In this document: in pieces, positions 37,001-45,250 of the stretch
Layout of the letters: every line of letters begins with the position of its first letter
How positions within the stretch are numbered: the stretch's first letter is position 1
Source of the DNA: Muribaculaceae bacterium
GTDB taxonomy: Bacteria; Bacteroidota; Bacteroidia; Bacteroidales; Muribaculaceae
Assembly: GCA_902836725.1 (NCBI GenBank)
Contig: CADFRV010000001.1
Location: 1 to 45,250 of the forward strand
Direction of reading: 5' to 3'
Length of the DNA stretch: 45,250 bases
Made by a program: the position numbers and the translations under genes
The notes under the pieces: model-generated
Databases searched by the model: none
Told to the model about the DNA's origin: nothing
The model's input: only the letters and a program-made list of their open reading frames with translations

Positions 37001-37266
37001 TCGTTAAGGACGGTAGCTATTGTCGCCTGAAAGAGCTGCGTCTGAGTTATTCCTTCAAACCGGAGCTTATCAAGCGCATCGGCCTGTCGAGTTTAACCCT
37101 TTCGGCTACTGCATATAACCTCTGCACATGGACCAAATACGACGGTTTCGACCCCGAAGTCGGTCGTCTGGAGGGTACCGAGAGTACCAATACCGCAATG
37201 GGTGTAGACCACGGTAACTATCCTCAGGCACGCTCGTTCACTTTCGGCATCAAATTCGGCATCTAA
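34096..37266 (+). CDS. susC: SusC/RagA family TonB-dependent transporter
   Basis: LDEVVVIGYG, DITGSIS, IRG, PLYVVDG, KDAASSAVYGARAANGV, DGSSKF..NRWGYFPS, KWEKT, PGDFRFKDLNGDG, YPQAR. Alternative start at 34123. Confidence 0.97.
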   Translation: MKQLLSSASMFKTKLQRLFILFILATVNLTLAAQNITVSGTVMDTAENEPMIGATVMQKGSKANGVATDIDGKYTITVPSNATLVFSSVGYEPVEVKVDGRKTIDVDMKQTTTALDEVVVIGYGVQRKSDITGSISSVSGKDVNDVPVSSALQALQGKASGVNIIQNSGAPGGATTIKIRGTGTVNDADPLYVVDGFIVDNIDHINPNDIANIEIFKDAASSAVYGARAANGVVSITTKGGEKGKVTVTFDGYAGFSNPWKKIDMMGMEDYAVLMDYINGTTRYSADGVLNMSKKEDGTLELDPAKADAMSLYHQRGKENWYDAISRTGVKQQYAASVSGGNDNTKFMVSASYFDEKGIIKGSDYKRFNARMNLTQKLSSWLDLIVNMSYVNEDRDLVPGGSGSVLKDALNINPMTRVYNDKGYWDSNHPLARIERYHRDIKSDRFDANITLSANFLKFFNYQFKAAYYLQPETTKEFSEVGKLVEDFGMSDLSTIYQYKYNTNKWEINNLLTFNWSDKDKINSITALVGQTAEGFKSSFQESTKRGTPTNDPDQWYLSSGFTGDKTYGLDRKWTAVGFIGRVNYNVLDRYLLQANIRIDGSSKFNKDNRWGYFPSVSLGWKFSSESFMRDQTWMTLGKLRVGWGKLGNNRIDELARYTYLTTQLNYPYGNGNHVLQPGASALTIGNDNIKWEKTETYNVGLDMAFLNNTILFGVEYFNKKTTDMLIAVPTVGSAGLNSNPMTNAGAVKNYGVEGSLTYRRSFGKFSFDVGFNLSWIKNEVTSLGSGNEPIYGAYIGEGSIVDYVTKTAVGRPIGSFYGYVTDGIFQSMDEIKASAQYETGKNDADQSTKPGDFRFKDLNGDGQITAEDRTYLGSPLPNFVFGVPINLMWNGFELSAFFQGQTGNKLFNVMDYYLYNAAAGNVAADYRSQHWSAAVDEQRPWFTPNPGAEIPAARTSDTNRNFRSSNFFVKDGSYCRLKELRLSYSFKPELIKRIGLSSLTLSATAYNLCTWTKYDGFDPEVGRLEGTESTNTAMGVDHGNYPQARSFTFGIKFGI

Positions 37267-37287
37267 TCCATCAAAGATCTCACTGTT

Positions 37288-39006
37288 ATGAATATATATA
37301 AGAAATCAACACGCAAAGCCCTCAGTCTTATGTCGGCTGTGGCTTTGGCAGCGGGCTCGCTCGCCCTTACAGGCTGCAACGATTTCCTCGACGAGCCAGT
37401 ACAAGGCAATAGCGTCGATACCAACTATTACGATACTACCTATAAACTGCAGACGGCCCTCAACGCCACATATGATATACTCCAATCTGACGCGATGCAG
37501 GATACAGACTGGCGTTTCGGCGAAGCCTGCGGAGATGACATGATCGGTAATGACGAAGGTCTTACCTCTCATATGGGGCAGTTGGTGAATTTCCAGTTCA
37601 ATACCTCTAACCCTTATATCCTCAACCGCTGGACCATCTATTATAAGGCGATCCATCGTGCGAACCAGGTGATAGCCAATGTGGATCGCGTACGTCTCTC
37701 AAACCATGAGACCGATGATTTCCGCAATGTGCGCTACATCTACGCCCAGGCTAAGTTCCTTCGTGCATATTTCTACTTCAATCTCGTGCGTACGTTCGGC
37801 GGTGTGCCTATCCGTCCGGAGGTAGAGACAGTAGAGAAACTTGTTGTGCCCCGCTCCTCGCTAGAAGACTGCTATGCGTATATCGAAAAAGACCTGCGAG
37901 AGGCTCTGATCATGCTTCCGGCCCGTTTCACCGACAGCAATTCCGGTAAGGTTAGCGCCGGTGCCTGCGCGGCACTTCTGATGAAGGTGCTGATGTATCA
38001 GGCAAAACCTGGTGACGGTTCAGTCAAGTGGCAGCAGTGTGCCGAGATAGGTGACTATTTCGTAGCAAAAAAAACGATGACATTCCGTCAGATGCTGAAA
38101 TTTGACGAGCGTTATCCCGACACTGACTGGGAAACCCTTCGTGAGAAACTGTGGTTCAAGCCGGTATGGGCTCTCGCAGAGAACGAATCTGCCGAGACCC
38201 TTGAAACTCTTTGCCCCGAGATGGGCAACGCATACCGTCTCGACTATGTAGACTCATACGGTAACCCGATCCAATATTACGAGCAGTTCTATATCGCAGG
38301 TGAATTCTGCGCCGGATCTATCTGGGAAATCGTGTTCAAGGAGAGCGGCGACGGCACTGGTGGTGATACCAACGAGGGTACCGGCATATATTGGAACCTT
38401 TTCGGAGCCAACTGGAATCCCGCGCTCAAGACTTCAGAAAAGCGTCTGGAAGTTATCTTCGGCACTGACATCCGTCGCACTTTCGTACTTACCCACAACA
38501 GCCAGACACCGGACGGATCCGGTGTGGCCAACGGCCCGGGCAACTGGTCGCCTCTGAAATGGTGGACACCTAAGATGGACCAGCCCACATATACCGATGA
38601 CTCCGGCAAGAACCGCCGCGTGCTCCGCTATGCCGAGGCAGTGCTGACATATGCTGAGGCTCTCAATGAGAGCGGCCGTCCGCAGGAGGCGCTGGTGCAA
38701 CTGAACTCCAACCAGAAGGTCGTGAGCAAGATCAACAACTACGACATCACTACCTCTGCCGGCGGCTACGGTTATCTGCGTGACGCCATCTGGAAAGAAC
38801 GCCGCATGGAGCTTGCCTTCGAATGGGATCGCTTCTTCGACATAGTGCGCCAGGGACGTGCTGCCGCGTTGATCCACTCTTATGCGAGCGATGTGATCAA
38901 CCACCGCGGGCAGCTGTTCCGTGAGGGAGTCAACGAGATCTTCCCCATCCCGCAGACCGAGATAGACATATCCAATGGCGTGGTGACACAGAACCCCGGT
39001 TACTAA
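37288..39006 (+). CDS. susD: SusD/RagB family glycan-binding lipoprotein
   Basis: Lipobox LTGC-NDFLD, QAKFLRAYFYFNLVRTFGGVP, LRYAE..L..AEALNE, ERRMELAFE..RFFDIVR, PIPQTEI...QNPGY. Confidence 0.96.
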   Translation: MNIYKKSTRKALSLMSAVALAAGSLALTGCNDFLDEPVQGNSVDTNYYDTTYKLQTALNATYDILQSDAMQDTDWRFGEACGDDMIGNDEGLTSHMGQLVNFQFNTSNPYILNRWTIYYKAIHRANQVIANVDRVRLSNHETDDFRNVRYIYAQAKFLRAYFYFNLVRTFGGVPIRPEVETVEKLVVPRSSLEDCYAYIEKDLREALIMLPARFTDSNSGKVSAGACAALLMKVLMYQAKPGDGSVKWQQCAEIGDYFVAKKTMTFRQMLKFDERYPDTDWETLREKLWFKPVWALAENESAETLETLCPEMGNAYRLDYVDSYGNPIQYYEQFYIAGEFCAGSIWEIVFKESGDGTGGDTNEGTGIYWNLFGANWNPALKTSEKRLEVIFGTDIRRTFVLTHNSQTPDGSGVANGPGNWSPLKWWTPKMDQPTYTDDSGKNRRVLRYAEAVLTYAEALNESGRPQEALVQLNSNQKVVSKINNYDITTSAGGYGYLRDAIWKERRMELAFEWDRFFDIVRQGRAAALIHSYASDVINHRGQLFREGVNEIFPIPQTEIDISNGVVTQNPGY

Positions 39007-39054
39007 TCACAGTGTGAGCAATTAGTAATTATCCATTATTAATTTTCCAGACAA

Positions 39055-40062
39055 ATGAAGATAACAAAATATTCCATAATGCTGCTGGCAGGTGTCGCCG
39101 CAATGTTCGCCTCCTGCGATGACAAGGAAGCGACCCAGCCCACGGCAGCGATCTCGGTAGACAAGAACCACTACGAGGTGAACGAGTCTATGCAGCTGCG
39201 CTTTATCGGCAATGCCGACAATGTGGTTGTATATCCAGGCGACGAGACACATGACTACGAACTTCGTACCGAAGCCAATAGCGGACTTGTGGTCAACAAA
39301 GGACTTCTTACATATGCTTATCAGAAACCGGGTATCTACCATGTGGTATGTGTGGCCACGAATCATGAAGACGCCGGAAACTCGCTCCTGAGTGATACTA
39401 CTTCAGTATGGGTGACCGTGACTGACGATGTGAACACCATTAAGGACGTTTCTGTCAATGTGCTTAATATCAATGAGGTGTATGCCGATCTGGTGAACGA
39501 TAAGGACTGGCGTCTGGCGCTTTCGCGCAAGGTGCTTTACAAGGGGAAGGATGTGAATGTGGCTCTCCGCAACCAGCGTCTCTCCATCTATCAGGACTCC
39601 CCCTCGGCATCGGTAGTGTTGAAAGAGGAGAGCGCTCCCGAAGAAGATTACAAGCCGAACATGTCGGCTTCCCGCTATGATCTGGCCAAAGTGTTCGATA
39701 TCCGTTCGACAGCAGGTTCGGGTGGTGTACGCGACTATCGTCTCTATACCCTCTATTACGGAGAGTTCAAGACGTTCAAACTTGCCGGTGTCACCGCGAA
39801 ACTCGAGCGCAGCGAGTATGATTATTCCACATGCGCCATCAATATCGAAGTACCTGCCGGTACTGATATCACCGCCATCGCTCCTGATTTCACACTGAAT
39901 GATCCTGCCAACGAGAAAGTGTTCATCGGCGACACGGAGCAGACATCCGGAGCAGCTGTGGATTTCACTTCCCCCGTAACCTATCGTTTTGTGGCAACAC
40001 ATGCATCCAATCCTGCCATTACGGTGGAATCAACCTGCGTCGTGACTGTCACTGTGAAATAA
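39055..40062 (+). CDS. PUL surface lipoprotein (PKD/Ig-like domains; putative surface glycan-binding protein)
   Basis: Lipobox FASC-DDKE. PKD-like TYAYQKPGIYHVVCVATN. C-terminal VPAGTDITAIAPDF...DFTSPVTY Ig-like motif. Follows susD. Confidence 0.8.
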   Translation: MKITKYSIMLLAGVAAMFASCDDKEATQPTAAISVDKNHYEVNESMQLRFIGNADNVVVYPGDETHDYELRTEANSGLVVNKGLLTYAYQKPGIYHVVCVATNHEDAGNSLLSDTTSVWVTVTDDVNTIKDVSVNVLNINEVYADLVNDKDWRLALSRKVLYKGKDVNVALRNQRLSIYQDSPSASVVLKEESAPEEDYKPNMSASRYDLAKVFDIRSTAGSGGVRDYRLYTLYYGEFKTFKLAGVTAKLERSEYDYSTCAINIEVPAGTDITAIAPDFTLNDPANEKVFIGDTEQTSGAAVDFTSPVTYRFVATHASNPAITVESTCVVTVTVK

Positions 40063-40100
40063 AAACTCCTGTCACAGGATAATTTCTTAGAGAAACACGT

Positions 40101-40142
40101 GGGTGTTGCAGAGTAAAGGCTGTGGCCCGCTCTGCGACACCC
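40101..40142 (+). terminator. Hairpin after the susCD-lipoprotein unit
   Basis: GGGTGTTGCAGAG / CTCTGCGACACCC 13-bp stem with one G-U pair. Weak U-tract. Confidence 0.55.
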
Positions 40143-40220
40143 ATGCTGTATACTGGCGTTTGTGTGACGCACACTGTGTTAAACATAACGTGACATTAAG
40201 TCTGTATCCATATTTTTACG

Positions 40221-40228
40221 TAACTTTG
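40221..40228 (+). promoter_or_regulatory. -7 promoter element TAACTTTG for the hydrolase array
   Basis: Between the hairpin and ATG 40393. Confidence 0.55.
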
Positions 40229-40392
40229 ATTAAGCAATCGCGTTTGTGGCGTCTCTGTGGCATGCTTGGAAGTAGCAGTTAAATTTCGGGGCTGTGAGAC
40301 AAACCGCGCCGTATCATGTTTCAGAGGCTACGTATACCGCTTCATTTCTGACAACAACACTTTCCGACAGCTACTTATTTTAAATATAGACC

Positions 40393-42264
40393 ATGAAATT
40401 TTCCAGTTTTCTTGTTGCGACGACCCTGGCGGCCATACCTCTGGGCGCAGTCGCTGAATATCACGAGCCGATTGATGTGACCCGCATAATGTGGGATCTC
40501 ACGAGCCGCAAGATGATATTCGAGGCAGGCAATTATTGCCGCATAATCCCCTTGCAGGACGGTCGTCTCCTGGCTGTGGCCGAGACATACGGCACCTACA
40601 GCGGAATCACGGTGGCCTACAGTCTTGATAATGGTTACACTTGGCAGGGGAAACGGACAGTCGCCGGTAATGGCAACGGTGTGCCGGTGGCAGTGCCTGA
40701 TGTTATCCAGCTTGAGGACGGCACAATCATGGTATGTTATAATCCGCGCCCGAGCGAGCCGTGGAGCGAGGAGCGCCATTTCGGCATACGCTGCGTCCGG
40801 TCCACCGACAACGGCGAGACCTGGAGCGATCCCATATATATTTACGACGCGGGGTTCCGCGGTACGGAAGGTTGCTGGGAACCTGCGTTTCTTGAACTCC
40901 CTTCCGGTGAGATACACTGCTATTTCGCGAATGAGCACCCCTACACTGGAGACAACGGCGATCAGGAGATCTCTATGTGCCGCTCTTTTGACAAAGGACT
41001 TACATGGACCGATCCGGTACGTGTTTCGTACCGTGAAGGTTCACGCGACGGTATGCCAGTTCCGATCCTTACTGACAATGACGAGATAGTGGTTATCGTG
41101 GAGGATAACGGCCATCCGGGATACCACGGTTTCCGCGCCACTACCATGCGCTGCACTCTGGAGCAGAACTGGGAAGACTGCTGGGTTGATGGTGCGAGCG
41201 ACCGTCGCGACATGATTTTCGAAAACGAGGACGACAAGAATTACGTCTCTGCCGCACCCTATATCCGCAAGCTCCCGTCGGGAGAAACCATAGCTTCCTG
41301 GATGGGTGATTTCTGGGGACGCAAAAACTGGCCGCAGGACAGATACGACATGTATGTGGGTGTGGGCGACAAGGATGGTCGCAATATAGGCCAGCTGTCA
41401 CAGCCATTCAGTGTAAACGCCGACGAGCACGCACACTGGAACTCCGTGAGTGTAGGATTCGACAACACCGTGTTCGCCGTTGCTTCAATCGGTGGCTCGA
41501 ATGCCATATATACCATGCGCGGCAACGCCGTGCGCGATTTCAAGGCCAATTATGGAACCCCTACGATCGACGGCAATTTCGTGAAGGAAGACTGGACATG
41601 CAAGAATGCCACGCAGGTGCTGATGGGACAGTATTTCCGTAATCGTTCCAACCATGATTTCCTGTATGATGACGAAAACTTATATTTTGTAAGTTATGTG
41701 GTGGATCGCACTCTGGTGAACGACTCCGAAGTGAACGACGGTGTACAGCTCAGCATAGATATTGACAATATATGTGATTCATCACCACAGAAAGGTGTTT
41801 ACACGTTCTTCCTTAATACCAATGGAAAAGCAGAATTCGCCTATGGTGATGGAGGAGAGTTTCACGAAGCTCCTGCGGCCGAGGGTGTGAAGTATGTGGC
41901 GAATGTCAAAAAGACATATTACATGCTCGAGGTGGCCATTCCCTGGAGTGTGTTCGGTATGGATTCTGCTCCACTCGGGCGCGATATGCGAGTGAATGTG
42001 GCAGTGCGCGATATCCGGCCCGACGGTTACCGCAACGAGGTCATCCCTGAGGCACAGCCATATTCCTCATATACATGGCCCCTGTTTCGCCTTGTGCCGA
42101 ATGAAGGTTCCGGTATAGAGGATGTGGAGACCGATGTGGTGACAGAGGACAACGATACCCCCGAGGAGTTCTACAATCTGCAGGGGATGAGAGTCGCCGA
42201 TCCCAAAGGGGGCATTTTCATAAGCCGGAAGGGTAATGTGGCCCGCAAGGTGGTGATCCCCTGA
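40393..42264 (+). CDS. BNR/Asp-box beta-propeller glycoside hydrolase (sialidase fold, GH93-like) + CBM9-like domain + T9SS-type CTD, paralogue 1
   Basis: Signal peptide. Asp-boxes SLDNGYTW, STDNGETW, SFDKGLTW. CWEP, RDGMP, VIVED. PTIDG..W..YDDENLYF..EVAIPW sugar-binding domain. EFYNLQGMRV tail. Confidence 0.85.
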   Translation: MKFSSFLVATTLAAIPLGAVAEYHEPIDVTRIMWDLTSRKMIFEAGNYCRIIPLQDGRLLAVAETYGTYSGITVAYSLDNGYTWQGKRTVAGNGNGVPVAVPDVIQLEDGTIMVCYNPRPSEPWSEERHFGIRCVRSTDNGETWSDPIYIYDAGFRGTEGCWEPAFLELPSGEIHCYFANEHPYTGDNGDQEISMCRSFDKGLTWTDPVRVSYREGSRDGMPVPILTDNDEIVVIVEDNGHPGYHGFRATTMRCTLEQNWEDCWVDGASDRRDMIFENEDDKNYVSAAPYIRKLPSGETIASWMGDFWGRKNWPQDRYDMYVGVGDKDGRNIGQLSQPFSVNADEHAHWNSVSVGFDNTVFAVASIGGSNAIYTMRGNAVRDFKANYGTPTIDGNFVKEDWTCKNATQVLMGQYFRNRSNHDFLYDDENLYFVSYVVDRTLVNDSEVNDGVQLSIDIDNICDSSPQKGVYTFFLNTNGKAEFAYGDGGEFHEAPAAEGVKYVANVKKTYYMLEVAIPWSVFGMDSAPLGRDMRVNVAVRDIRPDGYRNEVIPEAQPYSSYTWPLFRLVPNEGSGIEDVETDVVTEDNDTPEEFYNLQGMRVADPKGGIFISRKGNVARKVVIP

Positions 42265-42306
42265 TTATACTTTGAAATCAATAACCGATAAACCAATTAT
42301 ATATTA

Positions 42307-44169
42307 ATGAAAGTACTGAAAAATATATTGTGCCTTGGCGCAGCGCTGGCGGTCTCTTTCGGAGCGGGCGCACGTTACCATACTCCGTATGAATATCCGC
42401 GTCTGTTCTGGGATATCTCCACACAGAAGGTGCTGTTCCAGTCGGGTAACTATGCACGTCTGATCACGCTGCAGGACGGGCGTCTCATGGCGGCTGCGGA
42501 GTCATACGGTCCCTCGGGTGTAAAAGTATGCTACAGTCTGGACAAGGGCAAGAACTGGACCTCTCCCGAACTGATAGCTCCGAATCCCGACAAAGTGGGA
42601 AATGCCGTGCCTGACCTGATACAGCTTTCCGACGGAACAATACTGGTAGGATACAATCCCCGCCCGGGCACACCCTACAGCGAAGACCGCAAATTCGGCA
42701 TACGCACTATGCGTTCTACCGATAACGGAGAGACCTGGGAAGGCCCGATATATATCTATGATGCAAGCTTTAAAGGTGAGGATGGCTGTTGGGAACCCTC
42801 CTTCCTTGAGATGCCCGACGGCGAGGTGCATTGCTATTTCGCAAATGAGCATCCTTATACCCAGAGCGGTGAGCAGGAGATCTCCATGTGCCGCTCCTTC
42901 GATAAAGGTCTCACATGGAGCGATCCCGAGAGGGTGACTTTCCGCAGCGGCCACCGCGACGGTATGCCGTCAGCCATTATCACCGACGCAGGTGACATAG
43001 TGGTGATTGTGGAGGACAACGGCCAACCTGGATATGACAGTTTCCGCGCTACCACAATGCGTTGCACTGTAGAGCAGAACTGGCACGACTGTTGGGTAAG
43101 CGGCAGCAGCGACCGCCGGCATATGATTTTTGCAAATTCCGCGGACAGGCAGGCCCTGTCGGCTGCACCATATATACGCAAGCTTCCTTCGGGCTTTACG
43201 CTCGCCTCATGGCAGGGGCTCGGCGGTGGCCGCACAGGTGGAAACGAGGATATGTTCGTGGCCGTCGGGAGTAAGGATGCTCTCGATTTCAAGCAGGTAT
43301 CGCGCCCCTTCAAGCGCGATGCAGACAGCCGCTCGCTCTGGAACTCCATCAATGTAGGTTTCGATGACCAGGTGTTCGCACTTGGGTCCCTAAGCGGGCC
43401 CAATCAGGGCGCTCAGATCACTCTGATGGAAGGACGTGTGCTGGATTATGTAAAAGCAGAATTCGGCACTCCTGAAATCGATGGTACTTTCGCCAGCGAG
43501 AACTGGACTGTTGGAAAGGCCGAGCAGATAATACTCGGTGAGGAATGCCGCACCCGTTCCACACATGACTTCCTGTATGATAATGACAACCTGTATTTCT
43601 TCAGTTATGTGCAGGACAATGCCATAATAACAGACCAGATAGAAAAAGACGGTGTGTATCTGACGCTTGACATGACCAACACCACCGACACCTATCCACA
43701 GGCAGGGATGTACCGTCTGTTCATGAATGTCGACGGCACCCTGACCTTCACTACCGGAGAGACCAACAAATGGAAGGCTGTGGAGGAGATGCCCGAAGGA
43801 ATACAGTATGTGGTGAACAAGGCACGCTCATATTACATGCTTGAGATTGCAATCCCTTGGAAAGCGCTTGGAGTGTCAGGCCCCCGTGTGGAGCAAACAA
43901 TGCGTGTGAATGTGGAGATCTCAGACCGTCGCACAAACGAGCATCGCAAAGAGGCTATCCCCGATACCCAGAGCAACCAGTCGTGGACCTGGCCCGAATT
44001 CAGGTTGGTCCCCAGTCCTCAGGTAGGTATTGATGTCCCTGCGGCTGATTTCGTGTCAGATGGCCCCGTTGAGTATTATAACCTCCAGGGTATGCGTGTT
44101 GAAAATCCCGCCGGGGGTGTGTATATCCGCCGTCAGGGAAATGTGGTAATAAAAGAAATAATAAAATAA
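42307..44169 (+). CDS. BNR/Asp-box beta-propeller glycoside hydrolase (GH93-like) + CBM9-like + T9SS-type CTD, paralogue 2
   Basis: Same architecture: SLDKGKNW, STDNGETW, SFDKGLTW, CWEP, RDGMP, PEIDG, EIAIPW, EYYNLQGMRV. Confidence 0.85.
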   Translation: MKVLKNILCLGAALAVSFGAGARYHTPYEYPRLFWDISTQKVLFQSGNYARLITLQDGRLMAAAESYGPSGVKVCYSLDKGKNWTSPELIAPNPDKVGNAVPDLIQLSDGTILVGYNPRPGTPYSEDRKFGIRTMRSTDNGETWEGPIYIYDASFKGEDGCWEPSFLEMPDGEVHCYFANEHPYTQSGEQEISMCRSFDKGLTWSDPERVTFRSGHRDGMPSAIITDAGDIVVIVEDNGQPGYDSFRATTMRCTVEQNWHDCWVSGSSDRRHMIFANSADRQALSAAPYIRKLPSGFTLASWQGLGGGRTGGNEDMFVAVGSKDALDFKQVSRPFKRDADSRSLWNSINVGFDDQVFALGSLSGPNQGAQITLMEGRVLDYVKAEFGTPEIDGTFASENWTVGKAEQIILGEECRTRSTHDFLYDNDNLYFFSYVQDNAIITDQIEKDGVYLTLDMTNTTDTYPQAGMYRLFMNVDGTLTFTTGETNKWKAVEEMPEGIQYVVNKARSYYMLEIAIPWKALGVSGPRVEQTMRVNVEISDRRTNEHRKEAIPDTQSNQSWTWPEFRLVPSPQVGIDVPAADFVSDGPVEYYNLQGMRVENPAGGVYIRRQGNVVIKEIIK

Positions 44170-44178
44170 GTTATATTC

Positions 44179-45250
44179 ATGTCGCGGATTATCAGTAGAT
44201 TGATTGTAGCATCTGTTGTAATGGCAGGAGCCGTGCAGTTTATGGCACGTGCTGACAGGCACGAGCCGTACGACCGGTCGCGTATCTATTGGGACCAGTC
44301 AACCCGTTGTCTGCCACTCCCTAACAGTGGCGGTTACGGACGCATGATTCAGCTTCAGGACGGTCGGCTGATGGTTATGGGGGGATATGCCGGTGGAGTG
44401 GCCTATACGTTCAGTTCTGATTACGGAAAGACATGGACAACCCCGCAACTTGCCATACGTAATCCGGAGGGATTCGGCTATGGCTCTCCCGATTTCACTC
44501 AGCTTGCCGACGGTACACTGCTGCTCGGCCTGAATCCGCGACCCACAGAACCCTATACTGAAGATCGTAAATTCGGCATCCGTGTGAGCCGGAGCACAGA
44601 TCTCGGGAAGACCTGGAGCGATCCTATTTTTGTCTACGACGCGCAGCATCTGTTCATCGACGGTGTGTGGGAGCCCTCTTTCCTTCAGCTCCCTTCCGGT
44701 GAGGTACACTGCTACTTTTCAGATGAAGGAACATTCACGTCTTCAGGCGAGCAGGATATAAAGGTGAGCCGTTCATATGACAACGGGCTTACGTGGAGTA
44801 CCCCGGAACGAGTCAGTTTCCGTCCAGGCTGTCGTGACGGCATGCCTTCGGCTATCATAACCGACGCAGGTGAGATCGTTGTGATAATCGAGGACTTCGG
44901 CCATGCCGGTTACAGCGGTTTCCGTGCCACAACCTTCCGATGTACCCTTGAAGAGAACTGGAGTTACTGGATAGATGGCGGAAGTCCCAACAGAAACATG
45001 ATATTCGCCAATGCCTCCGACAAGAAGTATGCCTCTGCCGCTCCCTATCTCCGCAAGATGCTGAACGGGGAAACCGTAGCGTCATGGATGGGTGAGAAGG
45101 AGGGGCTTACCGGTGTGCCTCTTGATCTGTATCCGATGTTCGTGGCTGTCGGCGACGCCGATGCCCGCAATTTCAAAAGCGTGAACCAATCGTTCTATGT
45201 GCCTTCAGGAGGATGTGCCAACTGGGCATCTGTAGGAGTGGCTGATGACG
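44179..45250 (+). CDS. BNR/Asp-box beta-propeller glycoside hydrolase, paralogue 3 (truncated by window end)
   Basis: Not in the ORF track. ATG at 44179 reads MSRIISRLIVASVVMAGAVQFMARADRHEPYDRSRIYWDQSTR...GRMIQLQDGRL...SSDYGKTW...STDLGKTW...VWEP...SYDNGLTW...RDGMP and appears open to the window edge. Confidence 0.85.
   Translation, partial: MSRIISRLIVASVVMAGAVQFMARADRHEPYDRSRIYWDQSTRCLPLPNSGGYGRMIQLQDGRLMVMGGYAGGVAYTFSSDYGKTWTTPQLAIRNPEGFGYGSPDFTQLADGTLLLGLNPRPTEPYTEDRKFGIRVSRSTDLGKTWSDPIFVYDAQHLFIDGVWEPSFLQLPSGEVHCYFSDEGTFTSSGEQDIKVSRSYDNGLTWSTPERVSFRPGCRDGMPSAIITDAGEIVVIIEDFGHAGYSGFRATTFRCTLEENWSYWIDGGSPNRNMIFANASDKKYASAAPYLRKMLNGETVASWMGEKEGLTGVPLDLYPMFVAVGDADARNFKSVNQSFYVPSGGCANWASVGVADD

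Noticed and set aside
40393..44169. Annotation as GH33 sialidases
   Set aside because: Asp-boxes alone are not diagnostic. The RIP motif is absent and no nan catabolic genes are present.

Overview
A Bacteroidales window, most likely Muribaculaceae. This is inferred from TAnnTTTG promoters, a SusC/SusD pair, lipoproteins with an acidic export signal and 'YNLQGMRV' T9SS-type C-termini. It has three parts. (1) 1-7.3 kb: a minus-strand operon with a non-SusC TonB-dependent receptor and two DUF5689-type surface lipoproteins that share a closely duplicated domain. It resembles Bacteroidales DNA-utilisation loci but has no nuclease. (2) 7.4-26.6 kb: mostly housekeeping genes (GH123-like hydrolase, M16 peptidase, cyclophilin, xseAB, DEAD-box helicase, HAD hydrolase, histidine kinase, mdh, DUF349, mscL, aroK, a degenerate alanine-dehydrogenase homologue, RNase H). 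A family of short palindromic elements is interspersed from 12.0 to 28.0 kb, with long inverted arms around a variable-number ATCAGAGNN 9-mer core. There are 5 occurrences, all in the same orientation. (3) 26.6-45.25 kb: a divergent polysaccharide-utilisation locus. The minus arm carries GH43, a six-hairpin-like protein and galM. The plus arm carries a highly structured leader with a small ORF, an ELWxxDGT-repeat secreted protein, SusC/SusD, a lipoprotein and at least three tandem Asp-box beta-propeller hydrolases that look GH93-like rather than like true sialidases. No rRNA, tRNA, CRISPR array, transposase or integrase was seen. All family assignments come from motif recognition, not database searches.
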